DNA of 60,571 bases, filler included, from Candidatus Hydrogenedentota bacterium (GCA_040752395.1; 6 parts of 6 records of this genome joined end to end with filler, not necessarily neighbours in it), one strand, 5' to 3'; positions 9,278-20,429 are shown, counted from the whole stretch's first letter. Notes: generated by a model not told the origin, from the letters alone. Translations and numbers: made by a program.

Positions 9278-10222
9278 ATGAATAAGAGACATACTTTATT
9301 TTGGCTTGCAATCTGTGTAATCCTTTTATATTTAACCTTCAGGGATTCTAATTTTGATAATATATATAATTTTTTAATCAAAACGAAGTTTGTTTATCTT
9401 TTATTTGTTATACTTGCTGATTTTTGTGCTATAACTATACGGAGTTTGAAGTGGCAATTTTTATTATTTAACATAAAAGTATCAAAAACACGATTTGGGA
9501 CTGATATTAAATTTTCAAGAATATTTAGATTAATAGTAATAGGTTTGATGGTCAATACATTTCTGCCTTTTCGGATGGCTGAAATAATCCGATCGTATAT
9601 ACTTGGCGAAAAAGAGAATATAAGTAAAGCACTTGTTTTTGGGTCAACTGTGATTGAGGGTTTGTGGGATATAGTTTTTCTTTTTGGAGTTATTGGCGTA
9701 TCATCATTTTTCTTAGATTTGCCGCAATGGTTATGCTATGGAGGTTACATAGCGTTATTTATATCTGTTATTTTTGTTCTGGTAATTTTATTTTTAAATA
9801 AGATACCAGTATTAAAAAAATTTTCTATTGTAAGGTCGTTTATTGAGGGAACTGAGTCTTTTCATAATCTCCGGGGGATATTTTTGCCGCTTGTTTATTG
9901 TTTTTTAGAGTGGTTATTTGGGTTAATTTATATTAAATTCACTTTAATGTCATTGAAGATAGACATTTCTTTAGCAGGGATAATACTTATCTTGATTGCG
10001 ATTTATTTAAGTTTCAGTCTTACTTTTGTTCCTGGTGCTCTTGGGGTTTTCGAATTTATAAATAAAAACATACTTGTCGGACTTTTAGGTGTTGATGTAG
10101 ATCAAGCCTTAAGTTTTATAATATTATTAAGGGTTATGCTTACGATACCAATAACAATTCTGGGGCTGGTATTTTTATTTATTGAATGGGTATCGTTTAG
10201 AGAAGTAAGGAGAGGGGGATGA
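9278..10222 (+). CDS. Lysylphosphatidylglycerol synthase TM / flippase-like membrane protein (UPF0104)
   Basis: RSLKW, NTFLPFRMAE, PGALGVFE motifs; multiple TM helices. Confidence 0.85.
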   Translation: MNKRHTLFWLAICVILLYLTFRDSNFDNIYNFLIKTKFVYLLFVILADFCAITIRSLKWQFLLFNIKVSKTRFGTDIKFSRIFRLIVIGLMVNTFLPFRMAEIIRSYILGEKENISKALVFGSTVIEGLWDIVFLFGVIGVSSFFLDLPQWLCYGGYIALFISVIFVLVILFLNKIPVLKKFSIVRSFIEGTESFHNLRGIFLPLVYCFLEWLFGLIYIKFTLMSLKIDISLAGIILILIAIYLSFSLTFVPGALGVFEFINKNILVGLLGVDVDQALSFIILLRVMLTIPITILGLVFLFIEWVSFREVRRGG

Positions 10223-10261
10223 GAAAAAAGTAATATGATTTTATAAATTTTACTTGAAATA

Positions 10262-10361
10262 NNNNNNNNNNNNNNNNNNNNNNNNNNNNNNNNNNNNNNN
10301 NNNNNTTAATTAATTAANNNNNNNNNNNNNNNNNNNNNNNNNNNNNNNNNNNNNNNNNNNN
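10262..10361. other. Artificial contig linker
   Basis: N44-TTAATTAATTAA-N44. Confidence 0.99.
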
Positions 10362-10725
10362 GGCACAAAGTATGAAAAGAGTCACAAGTCGCAAGTCGTG
10401 AGTCAAAACAGGACTCGAGACTCAAGACTCAAGACTCAAGACTTTTCAGCAGGCTTTGGGCTTTTGGCTCCAGCCGGCTGTAGTCCGTAGCCTGTAGCCA
10501 GAATTATTAGAGTTACAGCGTTTTTCAGAGGATAGGAGATAGGAGTTAGAAGTTAGGAGTTCGTAATAATAGCTCCGAGTTCCGAACTTTTTTCGAAGTT
10601 TATGAGGTCAAGTAGTGAGGGTCAAAAGACCCGTAGTAGGCAAATAAATTTGCAATTTGCAATTTACAATGGAGCGAAGCGACAAGAAGCAAGATAATGG
10701 AAGAAGTGAGAAGTATCAGAAAAAA
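10362..10725 (+). repeat. Mosaic intergenic repeat, modules S-C-T-A-J plus inverted F/D, upstream of the atp operon
   Basis: Near-identical blocks at 12651-12820, 20504-20577, 17587-17660, 23429-23452. Confidence 0.95.
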
Positions 10726-10782
10726 GATGCAATATAATGAATGGACCAAGAAATAGATGAGTGAAGACGGGGGAAATACAAA

Positions 10783-11022
10783 ATGGTAAATAGTAATAAT
10801 AAAACAGAGAAAAAAGATGATGACTGGAAGATAGCTGTGCTTCAGGCGTCATCTGTTGGGTTTGTAATGGTTTTCTCTGTTTTAATAGGGCTGGCTATAG
10901 GATTGTGGCTTGATAAGTTGTTAAGAACAACACCCTGGCTTATGATTATTGGTATATTTATAGGTATGTTCTCTGGTTTTTACAGTATATGGTTGATAAT
11001 GAAAGAGATAGCGAAACATTGA
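10783..11022 (+). CDS. atpZ: AtpZ/AtpI-family ATP synthase accessory protein (gene 1)
   Basis: SSVGF...IGLAIGLWLDK...TTPWLMIIG; first gene of the atp operon. Confidence 0.85.
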   Translation: MVNSNNKTEKKDDDWKIAVLQASSVGFVMVFSVLIGLAIGLWLDKLLRTTPWLMIIGIFIGMFSGFYSIWLIMKEIAKH

Positions 11023-11402
11023 TTTTTAAGATAATAATCTTAACAAATATTATTCTTGCATTTTTAAGCTTGTTGACTCTTTTAATTAGCAAAATAGCTA
11101 AATTAAAAATAATAGCTTTTCTTTCTGGTGAGATTTTCGGGTTAATATTATTTGGTACCTTAATTTTAATTTCGAGAATTATTATTTCAGAGTATATAAC
11201 TAAAAAGAAGCTTTATAAACTTGTATTACTTTTGATTATATATTTATTTAAATTTTTATTAGTTTTTGGAATAGTATATATTTTATTAATCGAATTAAGA
11301 TTGAGTGCTATATATTTTTCATCAGGGTTTACTTTATTATTAGTTTCCATAGTAATCGGTACATTGATTTACGGATTCAGGTTAATTATAAAAATAAAGT
11401 AA
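10989..11402 (+). CDS. atpI: ATP synthase protein I (start uncertain)
   Basis: Four-TM hydrophobic ORF between gene 1 and atpB. Confidence 0.7.
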   Translation: MVDNERDSETLIFKIIILTNIILAFLSLLTLLISKIAKLKIIAFLSGEIFGLILFGTLILISRIIISEYITKKKLYKLVLLLIIYLFKFLLVFGIVYILLIELRLSAIYFSSGFTLLLVSIVIGTLIYGFRLIIKIK

Positions 11403-11419
11403 ATAAATAAAATTAATGC

Positions 11420-11448
11420 TTGCACGGATACTGTGATATATTTACAAT
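11420..11448 (+). promoter_or_regulatory. Sigma70-type promoter of the higBA remnant
   Basis: TTGCAC-N17-TACAAT. Confidence 0.6.
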
Positions 11449-11461
11449 AATTCAAGATATT

Positions 11462-11623
11462 ATGGTTATCTCTCTTGGCAACCAGGCGACTGCGGATTTA
11501 TATCATAACCGACAGACATCACGCGTACGTCGGTTTCCACGTGATATTATACCAACAGCATTAAGAAGATTAGACATGTTAAATGCGATTACATCCTGGC
11601 ATTCTCCTCCTGCGTATCAATGA
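11462..11623 (+). pseudogene. higB: HigB/RelE-family toxin, truncated
   Basis: MVISLGNQATADLY...ALRRLDMLNA matches the HigB N-terminus; C-terminal half missing. Confidence 0.8.
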
Positions 11624-11783
11624 AATTGTCCAAAAAAAACGAGGGGTAACCCCTGAAACTGCATGGTTATTAGCACAAGCGTTTGGCACCTCGACTGAAT
11701 TCTGGATCAATTTGCAGACCTCATTTGAGCTATCCAGGCCAAAACCTAAACGAGCTATTCCAAAACCGAAACTTGCAGTATGA
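11583..11783 (+). pseudogene. higA: HigA antitoxin, internally deleted
   Basis: HPG-ILL joined directly to RINEIV..KRGVTPETAWLLAQAFGTSTEFWINLQ. Confidence 0.8.
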
Positions 11784-11787
11784 AATT

Positions 11788-12582
11788 ATGATTAAGCGAT
11801 TTTTAGTAATGATTTTTATTTTTTTACCTGCTATCTTGATAGCAAAAGCAGGTGGCGAAAGTCATACCACTACTGTTTTTGTATATCTCTCTTTTCTTGA
11901 GAAATATCTATATGATCATAAAAATGTAGCAATTATTTCTTCTACCTGGTTTGTAATGATAATGTTATGGTTATTTTTTTATTATAGTAGCAGAAAAGAA
12001 AGATTGATACCTAACTTAATGCAGGGGATTGCAGAGAGTATAGTTCTTTTATTTTATAATTTTTTGAAAGAGCAGCTTGATGAGAGACGTGCTACTAAAT
12101 ATTGTACATTTATAATCTCGCTTGGTTTATTTATATTTTGCGGTAATTTTTTAGGGTTGGTGCCAGGGTTTGAAGGCACTACTGCGAATTGGTCAACAAC
12201 CGCAGCTTTAGCTATACTTGTTTTTATTTTTTATAATATGTGTGGTATTATTGAGATGGGGTTCTGGAAACACATCGGTCATTTCTTTGGACCCAAACTG
12301 CCATGGTATCTAAAAATTATAAATCTTTTTTTATTTCCTATAGAATTAATAAGTCATCTTGTAAGACCGTTATCGTTATCTTTACGGCTTGCAGGTAATA
12401 TGACAGGGGGTCATGTTGTAATTGGCATATTTTTAGGTCTTACTGCGATCCCTTTGATATATCCCATACCTTTGATGGGGTTAGAATTTGTTGCAGCGAT
12501 AGTTCAGACTTTTATTTTTGTTTTACTGACCACTATATATATAAAATTAGCAACTGATCACACAGAAGGCGAAGGACATTAA
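11788..12582 (+). CDS. atpB: F0 subunit a
   Basis: PIELISHLVRPLSLSLRLAGNMTGGH, QTFIFVLLT; likely start ATG 11788. Confidence 0.97.
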   Translation: MIKRFLVMIFIFLPAILIAKAGGESHTTTVFVYLSFLEKYLYDHKNVAIISSTWFVMIMLWLFFYYSSRKERLIPNLMQGIAESIVLLFYNFLKEQLDERRATKYCTFIISLGLFIFCGNFLGLVPGFEGTTANWSTTAALAILVFIFYNMCGIIEMGFWKHIGHFFGPKLPWYLKIINLFLFPIELISHLVRPLSLSLRLAGNMTGGHVVIGIFLGLTAIPLIYPIPLMGLEFVAAIVQTFIFVLLTTIYIKLATDHTEGEGH

Positions 12583-12585
12583 AAC

Positions 12586-12821
12586 GAGGAGTTGTCATGA
12601 GCGTTTTTGCGTTTTTGCGCTCTACACAAAGTATGAAAAACTAAAGATGATATGAAAAGAGTCGTGAGTCGTGAGTTGCAAGTCGTGAGTCAAAACAGGA
12701 CTAAAGACTCAAGACTCAAGACTTTTCAGCAGGCTTTGGGCTTTTGGCTCCAGCCGGCTGTAGTCCGTAGCCCGTAGCCTGTACCCCGAATTATTAGAGT
12801 TACAGCGTTTTTCAGAGGAGG
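12586..12821 (+). repeat. Mosaic intergenic repeat, modules B(short)-S-C-T, ending in SD of atpE
   Basis: Shared blocks with 10362-10532 and 36911-37014. Confidence 0.95.
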
Positions 12822-12826
12822 TTATT

Positions 12827-13132
12827 ATGGATTATTATGTGATGTTAGCGCTTGGTATGGCGTTTGGGCTTGCGATAGCTGCGATGGCTGGAGCCATTGG
12901 TCAGTCACTCGTAACCCAGAGAGCGATTGATGGGCTGGTGAGACAACCTGAGGTTAAAGTCTGGGTTATGATACTTATGGTTCTTGGCCTGGCGTTTATT
13001 GAATCACTTGTCATTTACTGTATGGTTATATCATTTACTTTAGCAGGTGACCCATTCAAAGATGCGGTTAAAGATATGGCTGGTTTAGAGATGGGGAAAA
13101 CACCGGCGATAACTGAGAGAGTTGAAAAATAG
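12827..13132 (+). CDS. atpE: F0 subunit c
   Basis: GAIGQ...RQPE...IESLVIY. Confidence 0.97.
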   Translation: MDYYVMLALGMAFGLAIAAMAGAIGQSLVTQRAIDGLVRQPEVKVWVMILMVLGLAFIESLVIYCMVISFTLAGDPFKDAVKDMAGLEMGKTPAITERVEK

Positions 13133-13176
13133 TAGTAGGCCAGGTTAGCGAGCCACCTATACATTGGGCAGGGATA

Positions 13177-13659
13177 ATGAAATTTGATATCAGGTTATTT
13201 ATTTTTCAGTTAATAAATTTTCTTATATTCTGGGCTGTTATACATTTTGCATTAGTAAAGATACTTAAGGTTATAAAAACACGTAATCAACAGATAGCAG
13301 ATGATTTACAAAAAGCAAAAGAAGAGAGAGAAGAAGCTTTTAAAATACGAAAAGAGTGGGATGAAAAGATTAAAACAGCTGAAGCCGAGGCGAATAAGAT
13401 TATAGAGACCACCAAAAAAGAGGCACTGGATATAAGAAGAGAAGAAACAGAGAAAACTAAAAAAGAGATTGAGCAGATGATTACGCTTGCAAAACAGGAG
13501 ATAGAGAAATCAAAAAAAGAGGTGGTCAAAAAAATACAGGGAGAGATAGCTGAGATCGCAGGCAATATCGCATTAAGATTTATAAAAGAAAAGATCGATG
13601 TTAAAAGAGCAGATGAGATGGTTGATGAGATGATTAAAGAACAGGAGGGTATTAGGTGA
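13177..13659 (+). CDS. atpF: F0 subunit b
   Basis: FQLINFLI TM helix plus coiled coil; operon position. Confidence 0.95.
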   Translation: MKFDIRLFIFQLINFLIFWAVIHFALVKILKVIKTRNQQIADDLQKAKEEREEAFKIRKEWDEKIKTAEAEANKIIETTKKEALDIRREETEKTKKEIEQMITLAKQEIEKSKKEVVKKIQGEIAEIAGNIALRFIKEKIDVKRADEMVDEMIKEQEGIR

Positions 13660-14192
13660 GAGCGGCTTCGTTATTAAGTATGCGTTATGGTAAAACTTTA
13701 TTTGAAACAGTAAAAGAAGAAGAATTGCTTAAAGTAGAAGAAGAACTGGGCAGATTTATTAAGTTATTAGAAGTATCACAAAAGCTTAAAGATATTTTGA
13801 AAAATCCTACAATTAACAATGAATTAAAATATTCTATAATAGAAAAACTTGAGATTAAAGACGAACAGGTAAAATTTTTTATTAAGTTATTGATAGAGAA
13901 ACGCAGAATAGAGCAGATTGAATATATATACGAGAATTTTAGAAAAAGGATTGATGAGAAATTCAACCGCGGACGTGGTGAATTAGTTTTACCCTTAGAA
14001 GGGTTGCATCAAAGTAAAATGAAAATTACTGAATTTATAAAATGGGTTACTGGTTTTAAGAATGTATATTTAGAAGAAAAGATTGACAAAGATATAGCAG
14101 GTGGTTTTATAGTTAAAATAAAGGATAAATTAATAGATGCGAGTGTTAAGGGAAGTATTGATAGCTATATTAAGCGAATCGCAGAAGGATAG
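13656..14192 (+). CDS. atpH: F1 subunit delta
   Basis: RYGKTLF...LKNP...DIAGGFIVKI.DKLIDASV. Confidence 0.95.
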   Translation: MRAASLLSMRYGKTLFETVKEEELLKVEEELGRFIKLLEVSQKLKDILKNPTINNELKYSIIEKLEIKDEQVKFFIKLLIEKRRIEQIEYIYENFRKRIDEKFNRGRGELVLPLEGLHQSKMKITEFIKWVTGFKNVYLEEKIDKDIAGGFIVKIKDKLIDASVKGSIDSYIKRIAEG

Positions 14193-14203
14193 AAAGGATT
14201 ATA

Positions 14204-14241
14204 TTGACTAATTTTTAATTTTGTTATACAATATGTAATAC
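14204..14241 (+). promoter_or_regulatory. Sigma70 promoter and palindromic operator of vapBC
   Basis: TTGACT-N17-TACAAT with overlapping TACA-ATA-TGTA inverted repeat. Confidence 0.7.
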
Positions 14242-14263
14242 ATAAATTTAAGAGGTGATTATT

Positions 14264-14518
14264 ATGTCTGTCAGCGCACGGCTGGATGATTCGATACTAA
14301 ACAAGCTTAATTTAATTAGTCAAATTGAAGGTTTATCTAAATCCAAAATTATAGCAAAGAGTATATCCGAATATTTCAAGAGACATATCCCGGATAACAC
14401 CCCGTATAAAATAGGAGAATTACTTTTTGGCAAATATCAGAGCGGGAAAAGTGATTTATCTTCGAACAGAAAAAAATATTTAAAAGAGAAACTGAATGAA
14501 AAATATCGCAATTATTGA
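14264..14518 (+). CDS. Ribbon-helix-helix (CopG-like) antitoxin
   Basis: SVSARLD...SKSKII...LFGKYQSGKSDLS; overlaps the PIN gene. Confidence 0.85.
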   Translation: MSVSARLDDSILNKLNLISQIEGLSKSKIIAKSISEYFKRHIPDNTPYKIGELLFGKYQSGKSDLSSNRKKYLKEKLNEKYRNY

Positions 14519-14912
14519 CGCTGGACCATTAATCGCATTATTTGATGCATCAGATAAATATCATCAAAAGGTTAAAGAATATTTAAAAAAATACAAAGGA
14601 TATTTAATTACCACCATACCTGTTATTACAGAAGCAACACATTTACTGGATTTTAATATACAGGCACAATTGGATTTACTTAAATGGATTGAATTAGGGG
14701 GTGTTTCTATATTTCATATCACAGAAGAACACATAAAACGAATAATTAAGTTGATTGAGAAATATCTGGATAGACCGATGGATTTTGCTGATGCATCCTT
14801 AATAGTATTAGCTGAGGAATTGAATATAAATTCTATTATAAGCGTTGACATCGATTTTTACATATACAGACTTAAACAAAAAAAGAAATTTACAAATTTA
14901 CTGGATATATGA
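14496..14912 (+). CDS. vapC: PIN-domain VapC toxin
   Basis: IIDAGPLIALF..SDKYH, VITEA, PMDFADASL, SVDIDF. Confidence 0.92.
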   Translation: MKNIAIIDAGPLIALFDASDKYHQKVKEYLKKYKGYLITTIPVITEATHLLDFNIQAQLDLLKWIELGGVSIFHITEEHIKRIIKLIEKYLDRPMDFADASLIVLAEELNINSIISVDIDFYIYRLKQKKKFTNLLDI

Positions 14913-14964
14913 TAATTCTAATTAACCGCTTCTGCGTTTTCGTGCAGAGAAAGGAAATAAATTT

Positions 14965-16623
14965 ATGGTTGATGTAAAAATAAGACCTGATGAGATAACG
15001 TCGGTGTTAAAGAAAGAGTTAGAGAAGATAGGGTTAAGACCCGATGAAAAAGAGATAGGTAGTGTTATACAGGTTGGTGATGGTGTGGCTAAAATATACG
15101 GGTTACGCAATGCTAAATCAAATGAGCTACTAAAATTTCCACATGATGTTTATGGTATAGCGTTAAACCTGGAAGAAGAGACTATAGGATGTGTGTTACT
15201 TGGCGAAGAGACACTGGTAAAAGAGGGCGATATTGTTGAATCTACTGGTCGGATCGCGTCTGTTCCTGTTGGTGAGGCTTTAATAGGAAGAGTCGTTGAT
15301 CCAGTAGGAAGACCGCTTGATGGTAAAGGACCGATAAATACAGATGAATTTAGCGTTATAGAGAAGATAGCCCCGGGTGTTGTAAAGAGACAGCCAGTAA
15401 GGCAACCGCTACAAACAGGACTTAAAGCAATAGATTCAATGATACCCATAGGCAGGGGCCAGCGTGAGTTGATAATAGGTGACCGTCAGACCGGTAAAAC
15501 AGCTATCGCTATAGACACAATAATAAACCAAAAAGACCAGGATGTTATCTGTGTTTATGTTGCTATCGGTCAGAAAAAATCTACAGTAGCGCAGATACTC
15601 AAGGTTTTAAGTGATTATGATGCTATGAGATACACTATTATTGTCAGTGCTACTGCGAGTGTATCTTCAGCTTTACAATATATAGCCCCGTATGCTGGTT
15701 GTACAATGGGTGAGTATTTTAGAGACAAAGGTAGAGATGTTTTATGTATCTATGATGACTTATCAAAGCATGCACAGGCATACAGACAGGTTTCACTCTT
15801 ATTACGGAGACCGCCTGGCAGAGAAGCCTTCCCAGGAGATGTATTTTATCTACATTCACGTTTACTTGAGAGAGCCTGTAAATTTGCTGAGAAATATGTG
15901 ATAGTAAAGACAAAAGATGAACCAACCGAAAGAAATTCTATAAACGGTAAAGTTTACCAGGGACCGCTTGAACTGCACTATGCTAAAGAAGAACTAAAGA
16001 AATTTAAAGATGATTATGTGATTAAAAAGATACCGGGTTCAGGTGGGTCGTTAACAGCTTTACCGATAATTGAGACTCAGGCAGGCGATGTCGCTGCGTA
16101 TATACCTACGAATGTTATCTCGATAACAGATGGCCAGATATATTTAGGAACAGAGTTATTTTATTCAGGTATAAGGCCTGCGATAAATGTCGGGCTATCT
16201 GTTTCCCGAGTTGGTGGTAGCGCCCAGATACCAGCAATGAAAAAGGTTGCGGCCAGATTGCGACTTGACCTTGCTCAATATCGTGAATTAGCTGCGTTTG
16301 CCCAGTTCGGTTCGGATTTAGATGCCGTAACACGCGCTCAGATAGGCCGCGGTGAACGGATGGTAGAGATATTAAAGCAGGACCAATATACACCGATGCC
16401 AGTCGAAAAGCAGATAGTATCAATTTTTGCCGGGGTTCGGGGTTATCTTGATGATTTAAGAGTTGATGAGATTCGTGAGTTTGAGAGAGGCTTACATTCT
16501 TTTATAGATGAGAGACATCCTGACATTTTCAAAAAATTAAAAGAGAAGAAAGAGATCACACAAGAGATTGAACGTGATTTAAATAATGTGATAGTAGAAT
16601 ATAAAACAATACGTAAGAAATAA
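14965..16623 (+). CDS. atpA: F1 subunit alpha
   Basis: [30 protein letters not shown]; carries a ~45-aa insert. Confidence 0.99.
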   Translation: MVDVKIRPDEITSVLKKELEKIGLRPDEKEIGSVIQVGDGVAKIYGLRNAKSNELLKFPHDVYGIALNLEEETIGCVLLGEETLVKEGDIVESTGRIASVPVGEALIGRVVDPVGRPLDGKGPINTDEFSVIEKIAPGVVKRQPVRQPLQTGLKAIDSMIPIGRGQRELIIGDRQTGKTAIAIDTIINQKDQDVICVYVAIGQKKSTVAQILKVLSDYDAMRYTIIVSATASVSSALQYIAPYAGCTMGEYFRDKGRDVLCIYDDLSKHAQAYRQVSLLLRRPPGREAFPGDVFYLHSRLLERACKFAEKYVIVKTKDEPTERNSINGKVYQGPLELHYAKEELKKFKDDYVIKKIPGSGGSLTALPIIETQAGDVAAYIPTNVISITDGQIYLGTELFYSGIRPAINVGLSVSRVGGSAQIPAMKKVAARLRLDLAQYRELAAFAQFGSDLDAVTRAQIGRGERMVEILKQDQYTPMPVEKQIVSIFAGVRGYLDDLRVDEIREFERGLHSFIDERHPDIFKKLKEKKEITQEIERDLNNVIVEYKTIRKK

Positions 16624-16628
16624 TATTT

Positions 16629-17498
16629 ATGCCATCGGTTCGAGATATAAAAAGACGTATAAGATCAGTAAAAAACATTCAGCAGATTACCAAAGCTATG
16701 AAGATAGTAGCAGCTACGAAACTTCGGAAAGCACAGGAAGCTATACTGCGAGCCCGACCATATGCCATAGCTTTAGAAAACCTTATAGCTCGGCTCGCTA
16801 AAAGAGTTGATCATTCTAAACATCCGCTTCTACATATCCCGGAGAAAAGGGGCCAGATAGGTATAATGGTTATAACTGGTGACAGAGGGCTCTGTGGCTC
16901 ATTCAATGCAAATATTATCAGAAAGACTTTATATTTTTTAGAGAATGAGACCAAAGACAAAGAAGTAGAGCTTCTTCTTATAGGACGGAAAGGTTATGAT
17001 TATTTTAAGAGACGAAAATATAAAATTCGAGATTATTATGCTAATTTTTTTGAAGAATTAAGTTATGCGAATGCTATTGCTATTACAGATAAATTATGCG
17101 ACTTCTTTTTACAACACCACTTTGATGAGGTGTATCTTATCTATAACTGGTTCAAGAGTGTTTTGACACAGCAGGTGCTGGTACAGAAGATTTTACCAAT
17201 AGAACCAGTAAAAATAGAAGAGACTGAACTAATGAATATAGATTATCTTTACGAACCCTCGATTGATAAAGTGCTTGAAAAATTGATACCGCGATATTTA
17301 GTAGTTGAGGTCTGGCGATGTTTGCTTGAATCAGTATCAGCAGAGCATGCAGCAAGGATGACAGCTATGGAAAACGCGACAAAAAATGCATGTGAGATGA
17401 TAGATAAACTGACCCTGACGTTTAACAGAGCAAGGCAGGCAAGTATAACAAAAGAAATGTGTGAAATCGTTGCAGGCGTTGAAGCTCTCAAAGGTTAA
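16629..17498 (+). CDS. atpG: F1 subunit gamma
   Basis: ITKAMKIVA, DRGLCGSFN, RQASITKE. Confidence 0.99.
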   Translation: MPSVRDIKRRIRSVKNIQQITKAMKIVAATKLRKAQEAILRARPYAIALENLIARLAKRVDHSKHPLLHIPEKRGQIGIMVITGDRGLCGSFNANIIRKTLYFLENETKDKEVELLLIGRKGYDYFKRRKYKIRDYYANFFEELSYANAIAITDKLCDFFLQHHFDEVYLIYNWFKSVLTQQVLVQKILPIEPVKIEETELMNIDYLYEPSIDKVLEKLIPRYLVVEVWRCLLESVSAEHAARMTAMENATKNACEMIDKLTLTFNRARQASITKEMCEIVAGVEALKG

Positions 17499-19118
<1,620 letters not shown>

Positions 19119-19133
19119 TACGAGGAGGAGATT

Positions 19134-19355
19134 ATGAAATATACTATTATATTAAAGAAAGGGAAAGAGAGTGGATATACAGCGGTTGTCCCTGCGTTAA
19201 AAGGATGCGTTTCACAAGGGAAGACAAGAACAGAAGCCTTGAAAAATATTAAAGAAGCGATTCAATTATATGTTGAGACATTATTAGAAGATGGGATGAC
19301 TGTCCCAAGAGAAGAATATAAAGACATAGTGGAATTGAAGGTTGCAGTTAGATGA
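19134..19355 (+). CDS. hicB: HicB-family antitoxin
   Basis: GYTAVVPALKGCVSQGKT..EAL.NIKEAI. Confidence 0.93.
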   Translation: MKYTIILKKGKESGYTAVVPALKGCVSQGKTRTEALKNIKEAIQLYVETLLEDGMTVPREEYKDIVELKVAVR

Positions 19356-19575
19356 CAAAAATCCCGAGAGGATTAAGTTATAAGAAGGTTATTAATAATT
19401 AATGAAATGCGGATTTTATATAAAAAGACAGAAAGGAAGTCATATAGTCTTAAAACGAGATAGCCCGTACTCTTTAGTTATAGTTCCTGCACATAAATCT
19501 ATTGATACAGGGACGCTTGATGAAATAATAGAGAGTGCAGGTTTAGCACTTCAGCAATTTGTAGATATGCTATAA
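19352..19575 (+). pseudogene. hicA: HicA toxin with a 1-nt frameshift near codon 16
   Basis: MTKIPRGLSYKKVIN / LMKCGFYIKRQKGSHIVL...VIVPAH...GTLDEII; 224 nt. Confidence 0.88.
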
Positions 19576-19585
19576 AGGAGACGAG

Positions 19586-19996
19586 ATGGCGATTAAAGTA
19601 GAAATCACAACTCCGTTTGGCAAGGTTTATGAAGATACCGCAGATATGGTGATTGTTCCCGCAGAGTTAGGCGAGCTTGGAATATTGCCAGGACATACGC
19701 CATATCTTGCGAACTTATCAATGGGTGTTATGAGAATAAAAAAAGACAGCAACACAGAATATTTTGCAGCTAATAAAGGGTTTGTAGAGATAAACCCTGA
19801 TAGAGTTGAGGTATTATGTGAAACCTGCGAGAACGCAAAAAAGATCGATATCAATCGTGCCATAGAAGCAAGGGATAGGGCTGTGTTTCGGTTAAAAGAA
19901 AGAAAAAAAGGGGTCGATTTACAGAGAGCTGAGATAGCGTTAAAAAAAGCGTTACTGCGATTAAAAACCGCTAATGTTTCTAAAATATATCAATAA
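19586..19996 (+). CDS. atpC: F1 subunit epsilon
   Basis: GELGILPGHTP, GFVEI. Confidence 0.97.
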   Translation: MAIKVEITTPFGKVYEDTADMVIVPAELGELGILPGHTPYLANLSMGVMRIKKDSNTEYFAANKGFVEINPDRVEVLCETCENAKKIDINRAIEARDRAVFRLKERKKGVDLQRAEIALKKALLRLKTANVSKIYQ

Positions 19997-20027
19997 AAAA
20001 TTTATCATAATTGAGGGTTGATTCTCT

Positions 20028-20426
20028 ATGAAAGATTATAAAAAAGAAGAATTACAGATATTCGGACTGATGTTATCAGCTATACTGATCTTTGTCGCTT
20101 ATCTATTATTAAAAAACAAGAACCCGAGATTAGCTTCGATCTTTGTATGGACAGGTTGCATTTTATTTTTAATCTCAGTTTTATTTCCCGCATTATTAAA
20201 TAGACCTTATTATTACTGGATGAAAGTTGTTCTTTCTATAGGAACATTTGTTAGTAATGTGTTAATGATAGCTCTTTATTATACAGGTATCGCCGTGACC
20301 GCTATATATGTAAAGTTGTTTAAGAAGGACCCATTAGATAGAAAAATTGAAAAGGATAAGAAAACCTATTGGAATGAGATAGATAAGATAAAGTATGATT
20401 TAGAATCAATGAGAAAACAATATTGA
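20028..20426 (+). CDS. SxtJ-family membrane protein
   Basis: FG...P.LL.PY..WMK...IG.F.S...KDPL.RK....TYW...KQY. Confidence 0.75.
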   Translation: MKDYKKEELQIFGLMLSAILIFVAYLLLKNKNPRLASIFVWTGCILFLISVLFPALLNRPYYYWMKVVLSIGTFVSNVLMIALYYTGIAVTAIYVKLFKKDPLDRKIEKDKKTYWNEIDKIKYDLESMRKQY

Positions 20427-20429
20427 TAA

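Noticed and set aside
10262..10361. Repeated TTAATTAATTAA within N runs every ~10 kb
   Set aside because: Artificial all-frame-stop linker; contig lengths decrease monotonically (10261, 10216, 10157, 9867, 9815, 9755), so the periodicity is a sorting artefact
12789..12820. Module T as a transcription-factor operator defining a regulon
   Set aside because: Not palindromic, always fused to other repeat modules, and target genes are functionally unrelated; not fully excluded
10362..12821. CRISPR array interpretation of the repeats
   Set aside because: No constant repeat alternating with unique equal-length spacers, and no cas genes
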